Source: Candidatus Micrarchaeota archaeon (GTDB taxonomy: Archaea > Micrarchaeota > Micrarchaeia > Anstonellales > Bilamarchaeaceae). From it: a stretch of 27,149 bases of DNA. The stretch lies in contig JAGVWJ010000018.1 in NCBI GenBank assembly GCA_018304385.1, positions 1 through 27,149 on the forward strand. The letters are read 5' to 3'. The position numbers were made by a program, and so were the translations under genes. Positions 7,982 to 15,602 of this stretch are shown piece after piece (within the stretch, counting starts at the first letter, position 1; each line of letters opens with the position of its first letter). The notes below the pieces were generated by a model. It did not search any database. It saw nothing but the letters and a program-made list of their open reading frames with translations, and was not told the DNA's origin.

Positions 7982-9049
7982 TCATTTTGCGCTTACATAA
8001 AATTCATCAAGATATGTTATACTTGTTAATTCCTTTATCTTTGCAGCTAACTGTGCCTTCAGTCTTATCATTGCTATCCATGCAGCTACTGGTGTATCAC
8101 AACTTAATAATCCTGATTCAAGTGATGCAAGTGTTTTGCCTCCGAAATTTGATCCTCCGAACGAAACGTTTTCTGCTGCAATTTCGTAATTTCTTAGAAT
8201 TTGTTCTGTGCTATACCAAGAAGCTGCAACCACTGCATTAGAAGATTGAAATTTATCCATCATAAAATTACATAATGCCAAATAAAAATCATCTTTTCTT
8301 GATTTCCACAATCTTTTATATAAACTTCTATTTGGGTAATCTTTATTTGATGTTGTAATAGCTCTAGCATCTTTATATAAGTTCCATAATGTTCCAAATG
8401 CTCCTAGCACATTGTTTCCAGTATTAAGTGTTACTACTGCCAATGCTTTGTAGGTTGGATTAGCATTCCAACTATATTTCTCCCCAAGTACAAGCATAGC
8501 TGTTCCAATAACTGGACCAGCTAATTGCCACAGCGCCCAAATTTCAGTTGATCTTAGTGATTCTGGTTTCTCTTCTGTTAAGCCAGCTTTGTATTTAGCT
8601 GATCTTATAATCCTTTTCCAAAAAGGCGCGAAAATTCCAAATGCTTCAATAAGCGCCGGTAACGCACGTGCGCTAATCTCCCAACCAATTCCGCTCGTTC
8701 TAGTATAGCTGCTATAGCCGTCTATTGCTACGCCTACTCCAACTCCTGCACCTATGCCGAATAATGCACCATTTCTTACATTTTTATAATCACTAAGTTC
8801 TTCACGCTGTTCAATATGTTCTTGATATTTTGTAAACACATCAGAATACCGAGTTGCCCACTTTCCTAAAAATAATTTTATTGGAGCATCTAGAGCATCA
8901 ACCCCACTGCCCGAGAAACCACTTTTAATATCAAAGCATACTTCTCCACTTATTCGATCTGCTATCTCTCTGTAGGACAAAACTCTAGTTATTGGTCTTT
9001 TGTGTTGCTTTTCACAACTTAATGAAACGTTTTTTATGAAGGTATTCAT
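7982..9049 (-). CDS. Hypothetical membrane protein (3-4 hydrophobic segments)
   Basis: Long ORF; start likely at the ATG at 9049 (MNTFIK) rather than 9088. Gly-rich hydrophobic segment 'GALFGIGAGVGVGVAI'. No family recognised. Confidence 0.7.
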   Translation of the reverse strand: MNTFIKNVSLSCEKQHKRPITRVLSYREIADRISGEVCFDIKSGFSGSGVDALDAPIKLFLGKWATRYSDVFTKYQEHIEQREELSDYKNVRNGALFGIGAGVGVGVAIDGYSSYTRTSGIGWEISARALPALIEAFGIFAPFWKRIIRSAKYKAGLTEEKPESLRSTEIWALWQLAGPVIGTAMLVLGEKYSWNANPTYKALAVVTLNTGNNVLGAFGTLWNLYKDARAITTSNKDYPNRSLYKRLWKSRKDDFYLALCNFMMDKFQSSNAVVAASWYSTEQILRNYEIAAENVSFGGSNFGGKTLASLESGLLSCDTPVAAWIAMIRLKAQLAAKIKELTSITYLDEFYVSAK

Positions 9050-9215
9050 AATAATATTATATACACATATAATTATAAATAGTAACATTATTGTAGCCTC
9101 TAACAGAGCTTGGAAGAAGCGAGTAAGCTTTGCTAATCTTTAAATATGTCATCTGCAATATCTTGCATAAACATGCTGGATGTTGTACGAAATAAACGGA
9201 TTATTAGTCCAGAGC

Positions 9216-9234
9216 TAATAGAACGGACGGAGCA
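9216..9234 (+). repeat. 19-bp direct repeat copy A (TAATAGAACGGACGGAGCA), contains the tRNA 3' core
   Basis: Exact match to 10190-10208; last 11 nt (12 including the following T) match tRNA 6193-6204. Confidence 0.9.
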
Positions 9235-9271
9235 TATCTATTTTTTACCTCTTCTTAACAAAGATGAACTT

Positions 9272-10177
9272 ATGATGCGTGAACTAACTCTAGAAGAAGC
9301 GAAACCTATCTGGGACAGCTTTGTTCCTGAAAAGCAGGTATGGACTGACGATTGGGACATTCGAGTAGCAATATGTAAAGAATATGACTACAGACCACTT
9401 ATTTTATATGATGGAAAAAATTTCTTTCCATTACAATCTGAACCTGAAAATAATTTCTATTCAATCCTTGGTGGGATAAGTGTAGAGAAGAATTACATCA
9501 CTTTCGATCCTGAGTTTATGAAAACAACTAGAGAGATTCCTGAAAACATATATTTTGATTTCCTAATTGACAAGTTCGATGGTTGCACAGAAGGTGTCTG
9601 CCCACAATTCTTCATCAATCTCACTAACATAAACAACATAGAAGATTATATCAAACGCTTTTCCAAGAAGCATCAGAAAAATTTTAAGAGATCTTACAAA
9701 CAGTTTGGAGAGTACGAATTCGTAAAACAAGGAACGCTCAAAGAGTTGGAAAATCTTAATATAAATATATTTGGAGAAAAATCAGATTTTGTTTCTGAAG
9801 ATAGAGGATGCTACGACATTCTTGATAAAGACTCGCGAACTGAATACTGGTCAATAATTAAAGATGGTGAAGTCGTTTCAATAATCCAATGCTTCTTCTA
9901 CAATCGCACTGTGTCAGTATGTGTCTGGGGGACGAATGGAAAGTATACTGATACTCTAAAAGTAATGTTGGCAGAGGGAATAGCATTGGCTAAAAACAGG
10001 CATTGTACGAGAATTGATTATGCTCCAACATACTCTAGTTGGAAACACTTTTATCGTTTGGATAGTGCACCATTGTGGAGATACAAACGTGGCAACATTC
10101 CAGACTCAGTTGATATAATAGAATATGGGATTCCACCAGATGAACAAATCAGGCTAACTGCTGAAGGGGGATTATAA
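9272..10177 (+). CDS. GNAT superfamily (FemAB/Acetyltransf_6-like) acyltransferase
   Basis: 'FFINL...IEDYIKRFSKKHQKNFKRSYK' helix motif, then 'WSIIKDGEVVSIIQCF' and 'IALAKNRHCTRIDY'. Start placed at the ATG at 9272, downstream of the repeat; the track's 9146 start runs through the repeat. Confidence 0.65.
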   Translation: MMRELTLEEAKPIWDSFVPEKQVWTDDWDIRVAICKEYDYRPLILYDGKNFFPLQSEPENNFYSILGGISVEKNYITFDPEFMKTTREIPENIYFDFLIDKFDGCTEGVCPQFFINLTNINNIEDYIKRFSKKHQKNFKRSYKQFGEYEFVKQGTLKELENLNINIFGEKSDFVSEDRGCYDILDKDSRTEYWSIIKDGEVVSIIQCFFYNRTVSVCVWGTNGKYTDTLKVMLAEGIALAKNRHCTRIDYAPTYSSWKHFYRLDSAPLWRYKRGNIPDSVDIIEYGIPPDEQIRLTAEGGL

Positions 10178-10189
10178 ATAATATTGGGG

Positions 10190-10208
10190 TAATAGAACGG
10201 ACGGAGCA
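10190..10208 (+). repeat. 19-bp direct repeat copy B (TAATAGAACGGACGGAGCA)
   Basis: Exact match to 9216-9234; 12 bp after the GNAT stop codon. Confidence 0.9.
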
Positions 10209-10218
10209 ATAACTATTT

Positions 10219-10703
10219 TTAAAGCGTTTGTACTTCGACTATTGCATCTCTTTTTAATACAATTGCTATGGGTACGTCTTTTTGCCGACCGATTGCTCTT
10301 CTAACTCTATGCGCCGCGCCTTCTCCAAATCTTTTTAGGATATCTCCAATTATCCCTACCTCAAGATCGCTAGTTAAAACAACTTCATAGCCCAGCTCTC
10401 TTAAAACGTCAGATAATCTGGAATCTTGTCCTAATCCATCAAAACTATCTAAAAAAGAGTTGCTAAAAAGCGGGTCCATTCCGTAATATCTGGTCTGTGC
10501 CAGTTATCATTTTCAACTGTGCCTGATGCATCTAGCACTTTAGCTTCTTCTTTAATTCTTGTAGCTATGACTTTGCCATCTGGGCCTGCGTAAGCCTCAG
10601 CAATTCTGCGATCCGCTGCAAGAAATATACCATCTTGTCTGGAGGCTCTAGGTCTTTTATCCATAGCCTTTCCATGGTAAAACGTTCTACATACTAAAGT
10701 CAT
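10219..10703 (-). pseudogene. ADP-ribosyltransferase-like gene split into two overlapping frames (10449-10703 and 10219-10479)
   Basis: The upstream frame has 'FYHG...GIFLAADRRIAEAYAG..GKVI...KVLD'. The downstream frame has 'LRELGYEVV' and a terminal beta-strand 'IAIVLKRDAI'. A -1 shift on the U6 run before the first stop fuses them. Confidence 0.55.
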
Positions 10704-10799
10704 TTTTATCAGTTATTTATCACACTTCCTATATTTAAATCTTGCTTCTTAGCTAGTTTTTAATAAATATTTATTAACCTTATTTTTCTAAGCATAATC

Positions 10800-10961
10800 A
10801 TGGCAAAAATTGAGAAATCAAAGAAGCTTCCTTCTGCTAAAAAACTACAACTAAAAAAGCAACTAAAGCAGCTTGAAAACCAGGCAGAGCATGATCCGCG
10901 AAAGCTTAACTTCTTTTTGCATGAGGAAATAGCGCAGATAAAGAAACAGGTAGATTCATAG
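10800..10961 (+). CDS. Small basic helical protein (53 aa)
   Basis: ATG 10800 to TAG 10961: MAKIEKSKKLPSAKKLQLKKQLKQLENQAEHDPRKLNFFLHEEIAQIKKQVDS. Fills an intergenic gap; below the track's length cutoff. Confidence 0.55.
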   Translation: MAKIEKSKKLPSAKKLQLKKQLKQLENQAEHDPRKLNFFLHEEIAQIKKQVDS

Positions 10962-11063
10962 CCTTCTTTATTTTTTTAGTACTGTGGTAGAAAATAGAAA
11001 GGTATTTAAATCCCAAATGAGTGATTATATTAACATTTTGTCTATTAGTAAATAGGTATTCAT

Positions 11064-12725
11064 ATGCCACGAAGACATGCTAATCCAAACCAACTTTCAT
11101 TATTTGCACTTAGCCCAGCCGTAGCTCCAGCAGTACAACCACGAATTATTCCACCACCATTGATAGATAGGCCAGCCACTAGCCACCAGCCACCAGCTAA
11201 TAGCAGTAGCCTACTAGCCCCTCGCAGCGAACCATTGCGCGATTATCAAATAGAAGCAATTGCGTTTGCCAAACAGCATGGAAGCGCTATAATAGTATTG
11301 CCAACTAATACTGGGAAAACAGAGGTAGAATTTCATTTAGCAGCAGATGTTTTAGAACAAGGTAAGGTAATTTGCGTAGCAGAAAAAACATTACTTTGCG
11401 AGCAGCATTTTAGAGAAGCAAAAGAAAGAATCAGATTAAAAGAAGATGAGGTAGTACTTGCAATTGGAAACAGCAGAGAACGTGCAGCAGATAAAAAATC
11501 ATTTTATGCTAATGCTAGATTAATAATTGGCACGCCAGAAACGCTTGTTAATGACATAGCAAGTGGTGCGCTTGATCTAAAAGACGTTAAATTGGGATTA
11601 TTAGATGAGGTTCATCATACGCAAGGCAATGATGCATATGCTAAGCTTGGCGCAATGTTAGCCTCTGTAAACATAAATCGTGTTGGTTTATCTGCCTCGC
11701 CTGCAGAAAGCGGTGATCGCTTACAAGCATTATTAGAAATGCTTCAAATAAGCATAGGTGCTGATGCAGTATTTATTAGAACAGATAAAGATACTGAAAA
11801 ATATGTAAGAAAACCAGCTGAGATAAAGGTTTTTGTTACCCTTGAGGATGAAAGAAAGCGTGCGCTAACACTCTTATTTCGAATAGCAGGAGATATTTTT
11901 GGAAATATGCTCGCTAGTGCTCGCACAGCCAGATTAGGATCTTTAACCGCAAATTATTCTTTTTCGAAATTTCGCTTGCCATTGCATGAGGAATTAGAAA
12001 ATGGACATAGTATAGTTGATGATGCTTGCAAGCGCTTGCGAGGAAAAAAGCCATGGGATCTTAGCGAATCAGAACGCGCAATTTTTGATGCAATGAAATA
12101 TCATGCAGCGCTTTGGAAGATTACCAAGTGTTATGATTATCTTGCCCGCATTGGAAGCGAGGAATTCAACGAGTTTGCTGGAAAAATATTGGAAGATAGA
12201 AAAACAAAAGCAGCAGAACTTATAAGAGATGATGGAAGATTTAGAGAATGTGTTCGTGTAGCAGCAACGCTATCAGATCATCCAAAAACTGATGCTATAT
12301 TGCGCTTATTAGCAAGCAATGACAGGCAGGGAATAATATTTGTAGAAACGCACGCACACGCGAGACGACTAGCCAATTTTTTAAATGAGCATGGGATTAG
12401 TGCTCATGAACTTTTAGGAAGCAGTGGAATGACTAAGAAAAGACAATCAGGAGTCCGCGCGGATTTTGAAGCTGGAAAATATCGCATCTTAGTAGCAACA
12501 AGCGTTGCAGAAGAAGGATTGCATTTGCCAGTATTGCATACTGGGATATTCTATTCTCCAGCACATACCAGCATAAGTTATCAGCAAAGACGCGGCCGTG
12601 TTCGTGATGCTGAAGGCAGGGTATTCATATTAATTGCAGATGAAACCAGTGATGTTTCATTATATTACGCTACGCGTGGAAGGGACAGAAGCGTGGCAAA
12701 GGCTTTAGAAGGTTTAAGGGCTTAA
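11064..12725 (+). CDS. SF2 helicase, Hef/FANCM (ERCC4-related) family, helicase domains only
   Basis: Q motif 'LRDYQ', 'IVLPTNTGKT', 'GTPETL', 'LDEVHH', 'LSASP', 'LVATSVAEEGL', motif VI 'QRRGRV'; no nuclease domain. Confidence 0.8.
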   Translation: MPRRHANPNQLSLFALSPAVAPAVQPRIIPPPLIDRPATSHQPPANSSSLLAPRSEPLRDYQIEAIAFAKQHGSAIIVLPTNTGKTEVEFHLAADVLEQGKVICVAEKTLLCEQHFREAKERIRLKEDEVVLAIGNSRERAADKKSFYANARLIIGTPETLVNDIASGALDLKDVKLGLLDEVHHTQGNDAYAKLGAMLASVNINRVGLSASPAESGDRLQALLEMLQISIGADAVFIRTDKDTEKYVRKPAEIKVFVTLEDERKRALTLLFRIAGDIFGNMLASARTARLGSLTANYSFSKFRLPLHEELENGHSIVDDACKRLRGKKPWDLSESERAIFDAMKYHAALWKITKCYDYLARIGSEEFNEFAGKILEDRKTKAAELIRDDGRFRECVRVAATLSDHPKTDAILRLLASNDRQGIIFVETHAHARRLANFLNEHGISAHELLGSSGMTKKRQSGVRADFEAGKYRILVATSVAEEGLHLPVLHTGIFYSPAHTSISYQQRRGRVRDAEGRVFILIADETSDVSLYYATRGRDRSVAKALEGLRA

Positions 12726-12731
12726 TAATCT

Positions 12732-14030
12732 ATGGAAAAAAGGCTTTTTCATCTTATTATTTTGGCATTTATTATTCGCATAATCCCCTTGCTAGCTATT
12801 GCATTTTTAGGAACAAATAATGCGCTTTATGATGGCGATTCTGGTAGCTATACTGTAATGGCAAAATCATTTGCAAAAGGCGATATTTTATTTAAAGAAG
12901 AGGAGGCACGTTTATCAAGTTTTTCTAGAACTCCAGGATATCCTATATTTTTAGGTATTTTTTATTTTCTTTCTTTAAGCGATACTTTTATTGCGTTTAT
13001 TCAAATAATAATTGATTGCGCAGCGCTATATTTTATTTATAAAACTGTTGATACTGTTTTTGGCAATAAGGCAGCGTTTTTTGCCTCTTTGCTTTATGCA
13101 TTGAATCCTACAATGATCTTATTCTCATTTAAAATTCTCACAGAGAGTTTGTTCAATTTTGTTTTTATTACTGCGAATTATTATTTTGTTCGTTCTTTAT
13201 ATAAAAATGAGAAATCAGAACTTACAGTTGGCATTCTTTTTTCTATATTAAGTTTAATCCGGCCTGTTGGCATATTTTTTTCATTAACATATGCACTGGT
13301 TCTATTTGCTAAAAATCGAAATTTGAAATCAGCCTTCTTATTATTTATACCATCGCTTATACTGCCAGCACTTTGGATGATAAGAAACCAGCAGGTTCTT
13401 GGTTATTTTATAATATCTGCTATACCAGAAGTTAATGTACTTTGCTGGCAAGCAACATTTTTAGCAAATGATAATGTTGATATGGAAAAATGGGGCAAAT
13501 TTATAGATGAATATAAGGTAAAGGATTACACTGAATGTAATCGGTTGCCTTATGAAAAAGTGCATGAGGGTGCGCCCATTGCGACTAAGTTTATTTTAGA
13601 TAACTTTGGTCTTTATATTAAATATTTTGTTAAAGCAGTGATTCTTTTCTTCGCGCCAGCAACGCCAAACTACGTGCTATCTGCATTCGGCGTAGAGGGA
13701 CAGGTTGTTCATTTCTCTGAAGTGTTATTCAAAATTGGCTTGGATTTTGGTAAAATAGTAAGCATAATTGCAGAACGTCCGCTTTATCTTGCTTTATTTG
13801 CGCTTTCAGTTATTTATGAATTAATTTTGTATTACCTTTTTGCTAGCGCTTTATTAAAACTGATAAAAGAAAAGAAGCATAATTATCTATTGCTGCTTTT
13901 AGCATTGTTATTCTTATATACTATAATTAGTGCTGGGCTCGTAAGCATGTTTTCATCTTATAGATATAGAATGCCTATAGAAATATTCTTGATAATAATT
14001 GCGTCTTATTATAAATTTACTAAAAATTAG
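12732..14030 (+). CDS. GT-C fold membrane glycosyltransferase (GT39/PMT/ArnT-like)
   Basis: Multi-TM with 'DSGSY', 'RTPGYPIFL', 'ILTESLF', 'LIRP' and C-terminal 'RYRMP'. Confidence 0.8.
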   Translation: MEKRLFHLIILAFIIRIIPLLAIAFLGTNNALYDGDSGSYTVMAKSFAKGDILFKEEEARLSSFSRTPGYPIFLGIFYFLSLSDTFIAFIQIIIDCAALYFIYKTVDTVFGNKAAFFASLLYALNPTMILFSFKILTESLFNFVFITANYYFVRSLYKNEKSELTVGILFSILSLIRPVGIFFSLTYALVLFAKNRNLKSAFLLFIPSLILPALWMIRNQQVLGYFIISAIPEVNVLCWQATFLANDNVDMEKWGKFIDEYKVKDYTECNRLPYEKVHEGAPIATKFILDNFGLYIKYFVKAVILFFAPATPNYVLSAFGVEGQVVHFSEVLFKIGLDFGKIVSIIAERPLYLALFALSVIYELILYYLFASALLKLIKEKKHNYLLLLLALLFLYTIISAGLVSMFSSYRYRMPIEIFLIIIASYYKFTKN

Positions 14031-14034
14031 AATT

Positions 14035-14178
14035 TTAATTCATTCTCTTCTCTGGGGGTTGCATAAATCTGTCTGTTTGTCCTACCCTCTGAACAAATTT
14101 TACTGAAGAGAAACTGTTTTTAACACCCACATCCCTAAGATATTTATCAGTTGCTTCTCTTGCCCTATATAACTGCAT
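14035..14178 (-). CDS. Small protein (47 aa)
   Basis: MQLYRAREATDKYLRDVGVKNSFSSVKFVQRVGQTDRFMQPPEKRMN, preceded by a strong SD GGAGGT (14185-14190); divergent from the PhoU-like gene. Confidence 0.55.
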   Translation of the reverse strand: MQLYRAREATDKYLRDVGVKNSFSSVKFVQRVGQTDRFMQPPEKRMN

Positions 14179-14275
14179 TTTTTTACCTCCTTTTCTTTTC
14201 TGCTCTGTTTATATGCCGAAAGCAGTATTTATATACTTATCGTATATAGAATATAGTTTAATATAAATCTATATA

Positions 14276-14309
14276 GTGCCAGGGGGCAAGCCCCCTAGCG
14301 CAACCCCCA
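14276..14309. repeat. GC-rich palindromic element copy 1 (intergenic, upstream of the PhoU-like gene)
   Basis: GTGCC-AGGGGGCAAGCCCCCTAGCGCAACCCCCA; 29 nt identical to 14789-14817. Confidence 0.9.
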
Positions 14310-14327
14310 GCTTTTTTTAGTGATTTT

Positions 14328-15260
14328 ATGAAAGAATACCGTCGAATCCAAAAAACTGGAGAATCCACATTTATTGTTTCGTTGCCTAAAAAGTGGGCAA
14401 GTTTAAACAATGTTGATAGAGGTACAGAGGTAATGATACAAGAGAACGAAGACGGTTCTCTGACGCTTGCAGTAAAGTACCAGAAAGGTGAAAGCAGCTG
14501 CACCATACACCAGTCTTCTAGTATAGATCGAACCATTCAGAAGATAATTGCCGCTTATCTTGCAGGTTATGAGAAAATCGTATTAAAAGGCAAGGACGCA
14601 GCAGTCATATGTGAGGATGCAAGATCAAAGCTAAGCGGCTTGGAAATCATTGACGAAAAAGCCGATGAAGGTATATTAAGCGTTCTTTCCAAAGGTGATG
14701 AATTTAGCATAGATGATCTTCTTACAAGAATGCACTCTATTAGTCTTACAATGTTTTCTTTGGTTACCAGAAGCTTGCAGGTGCCAGGAGGGGGCAAGCC
14801 CCCTAGCGCAACCCCCACGGAATTTGGTTTGGAAAAAGAGGTTTCCAGAAGAGAAACAGAGATTGATCGGCTTTTTGCCTTGGCATTAAGAACAATAAAT
14901 ACTCAATCAACAAAGCTTTCGCTTGCAGTATGCAAAGCCAGAGTGGCAAAGACATTAGAGCGCATTTCAGATCATGCAGAATTGCTCTATCAAGAGCTTA
15001 GTGACAACAAACAGATTTTAAACGCTATAACTCAGTTGAGAGATGTATACTCTGAAGTTTTTGAAAATTTAATGCAGATTGAGAACAAGGAAGCATCAAT
15101 ATTAAAATTAGCGTCTTATCAAAAGGAAATTAAGAATATTATAAAAAAATCAGGCCTGTCTTTAAGGCCTGCGTTAGAGCGTTGTCTAAGAATTAGCGAT
15201 TATCTACTAGATCTTGTTGATATTACAGAAGATATCGCAGCCATTCAAAATAAAAAATAA
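14328..15260 (+). CDS. phoU: Archaeal phosphate uptake regulator (AbrB/SpoVT DNA-binding domain + PhoU repeats)
   Basis: N-terminal 'RRIQKTGESTFIVSLPKKWA...GSLTL'; PhoU helices 'ETEIDRLF', 'AKTLERISDHAE', 'LERCLRISDY'. Confidence 0.85.
   Translation: MKEYRRIQKTGESTFIVSLPKKWASLNNVDRGTEVMIQENEDGSLTLAVKYQKGESSCTIHQSSSIDRTIQKIIAAYLAGYEKIVLKGKDAAVICEDARSKLSGLEIIDEKADEGILSVLSKGDEFSIDDLLTRMHSISLTMFSLVTRSLQVPGGGKPPSATPTEFGLEKEVSRRETEIDRLFALALRTINTQSTKLSLAVCKARVAKTLERISDHAELLYQELSDNKQILNAITQLRDVYSEVFENLMQIENKEASILKLASYQKEIKNIIKKSGLSLRPALERCLRISDYLLDLVDITEDIAAIQNKK
14781..14817. repeat. GC-rich palindromic element copy 2, in-frame inside the PhoU-like CDS
   Basis: GTGCC-AGG-AGGGGGCAAGCCCCCTAGCGCAACCCCCA, translated as VPGGGKPPSATPT. 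Confidence 0.9.
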
Positions 15261-15265
15261 AAAAA

Positions 15266-15496
15266 TTATTTTCTCTTCTTTTTCTCTTCTTTTGGTCCTT
15301 CGCTTGCAGGAGCACCACTTTTTAGATCTTCAATCGCTACAAGTACAAATATCAATCCAAAAAATACCAGTCCAAGTACCAATCCACCGGCAACTACTGT
15401 TAATACGGCTGGCTGAAACGTTTCAGGCCATACGAATAGCAGTGAACCTGCAACTATTAATAACACTGCTCCACCTAGTAAATATGTTCCTCCCAT
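15266..15496 (-). CDS. Small two-TM membrane protein
   Basis: 76 aa with two hydrophobic helices and a basic tail; SD GAGGTGA at 15503-15509. Confidence 0.7.
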   Translation of the reverse strand: MGGTYLLGGAVLLIVAGSLLFVWPETFQPAVLTVVAGGLVLGLVFFGLIFVLVAIEDLKSGAPASEGPKEEKKKRK

Positions 15497-15602
15497 TAAT
15501 AATCACCTCTTTTGAATTTACTTCCATTCTAAATATTTATAAATATTATCCTTTCAATTCACTATGGACTTTTCTGTTTAGATTGTAATATATTGAGGTG
15601 GA

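Larger units (their letters stand above)
6204..10208. mobile_element. tRNA-Glu-anchored genomic island (two tandem units), no integrase visible
   Basis: Bounded by three copies of the tRNA 3'-terminal 11-mer; cargo is a TA-like pair, an orphan and an acyltransferase. Confidence 0.65.

Noticed and set aside
7961-9159. 9-bp direct repeat ATCTGCAAT (7961-7969, 9151-9159) flanking the orphan membrane gene
   Set aside because: Too short to separate from chance, and unrelated to the tRNA-derived core.
9050-9215. Possible integrase remnant next to the att-like repeat
   Set aside because: The plus-strand frames I translated gave only short ORFs with no tyrosine-recombinase R-H-R-Y motifs; the minus-strand frames were not checked exhaustively.
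9146-9271. N-terminal 42-aa extension of the GNAT ORF
   Set aside because: It runs through the att-like repeat and intergenic-looking sequence; the ATG at 9272 is more plausible.
6193-10208. CRISPR array interpretation of the repeated 11/19-mer
   Set aside because: Spacing is kilobase-scale with whole genes between copies; no cas genes and no regular spacers.
11110-11225. CCAGC/CTAGC-rich quasi-repeats
   Set aside because: Explained by the Pro/Ala/Ser codons of the helicase's low-complexity linker; no regular period.
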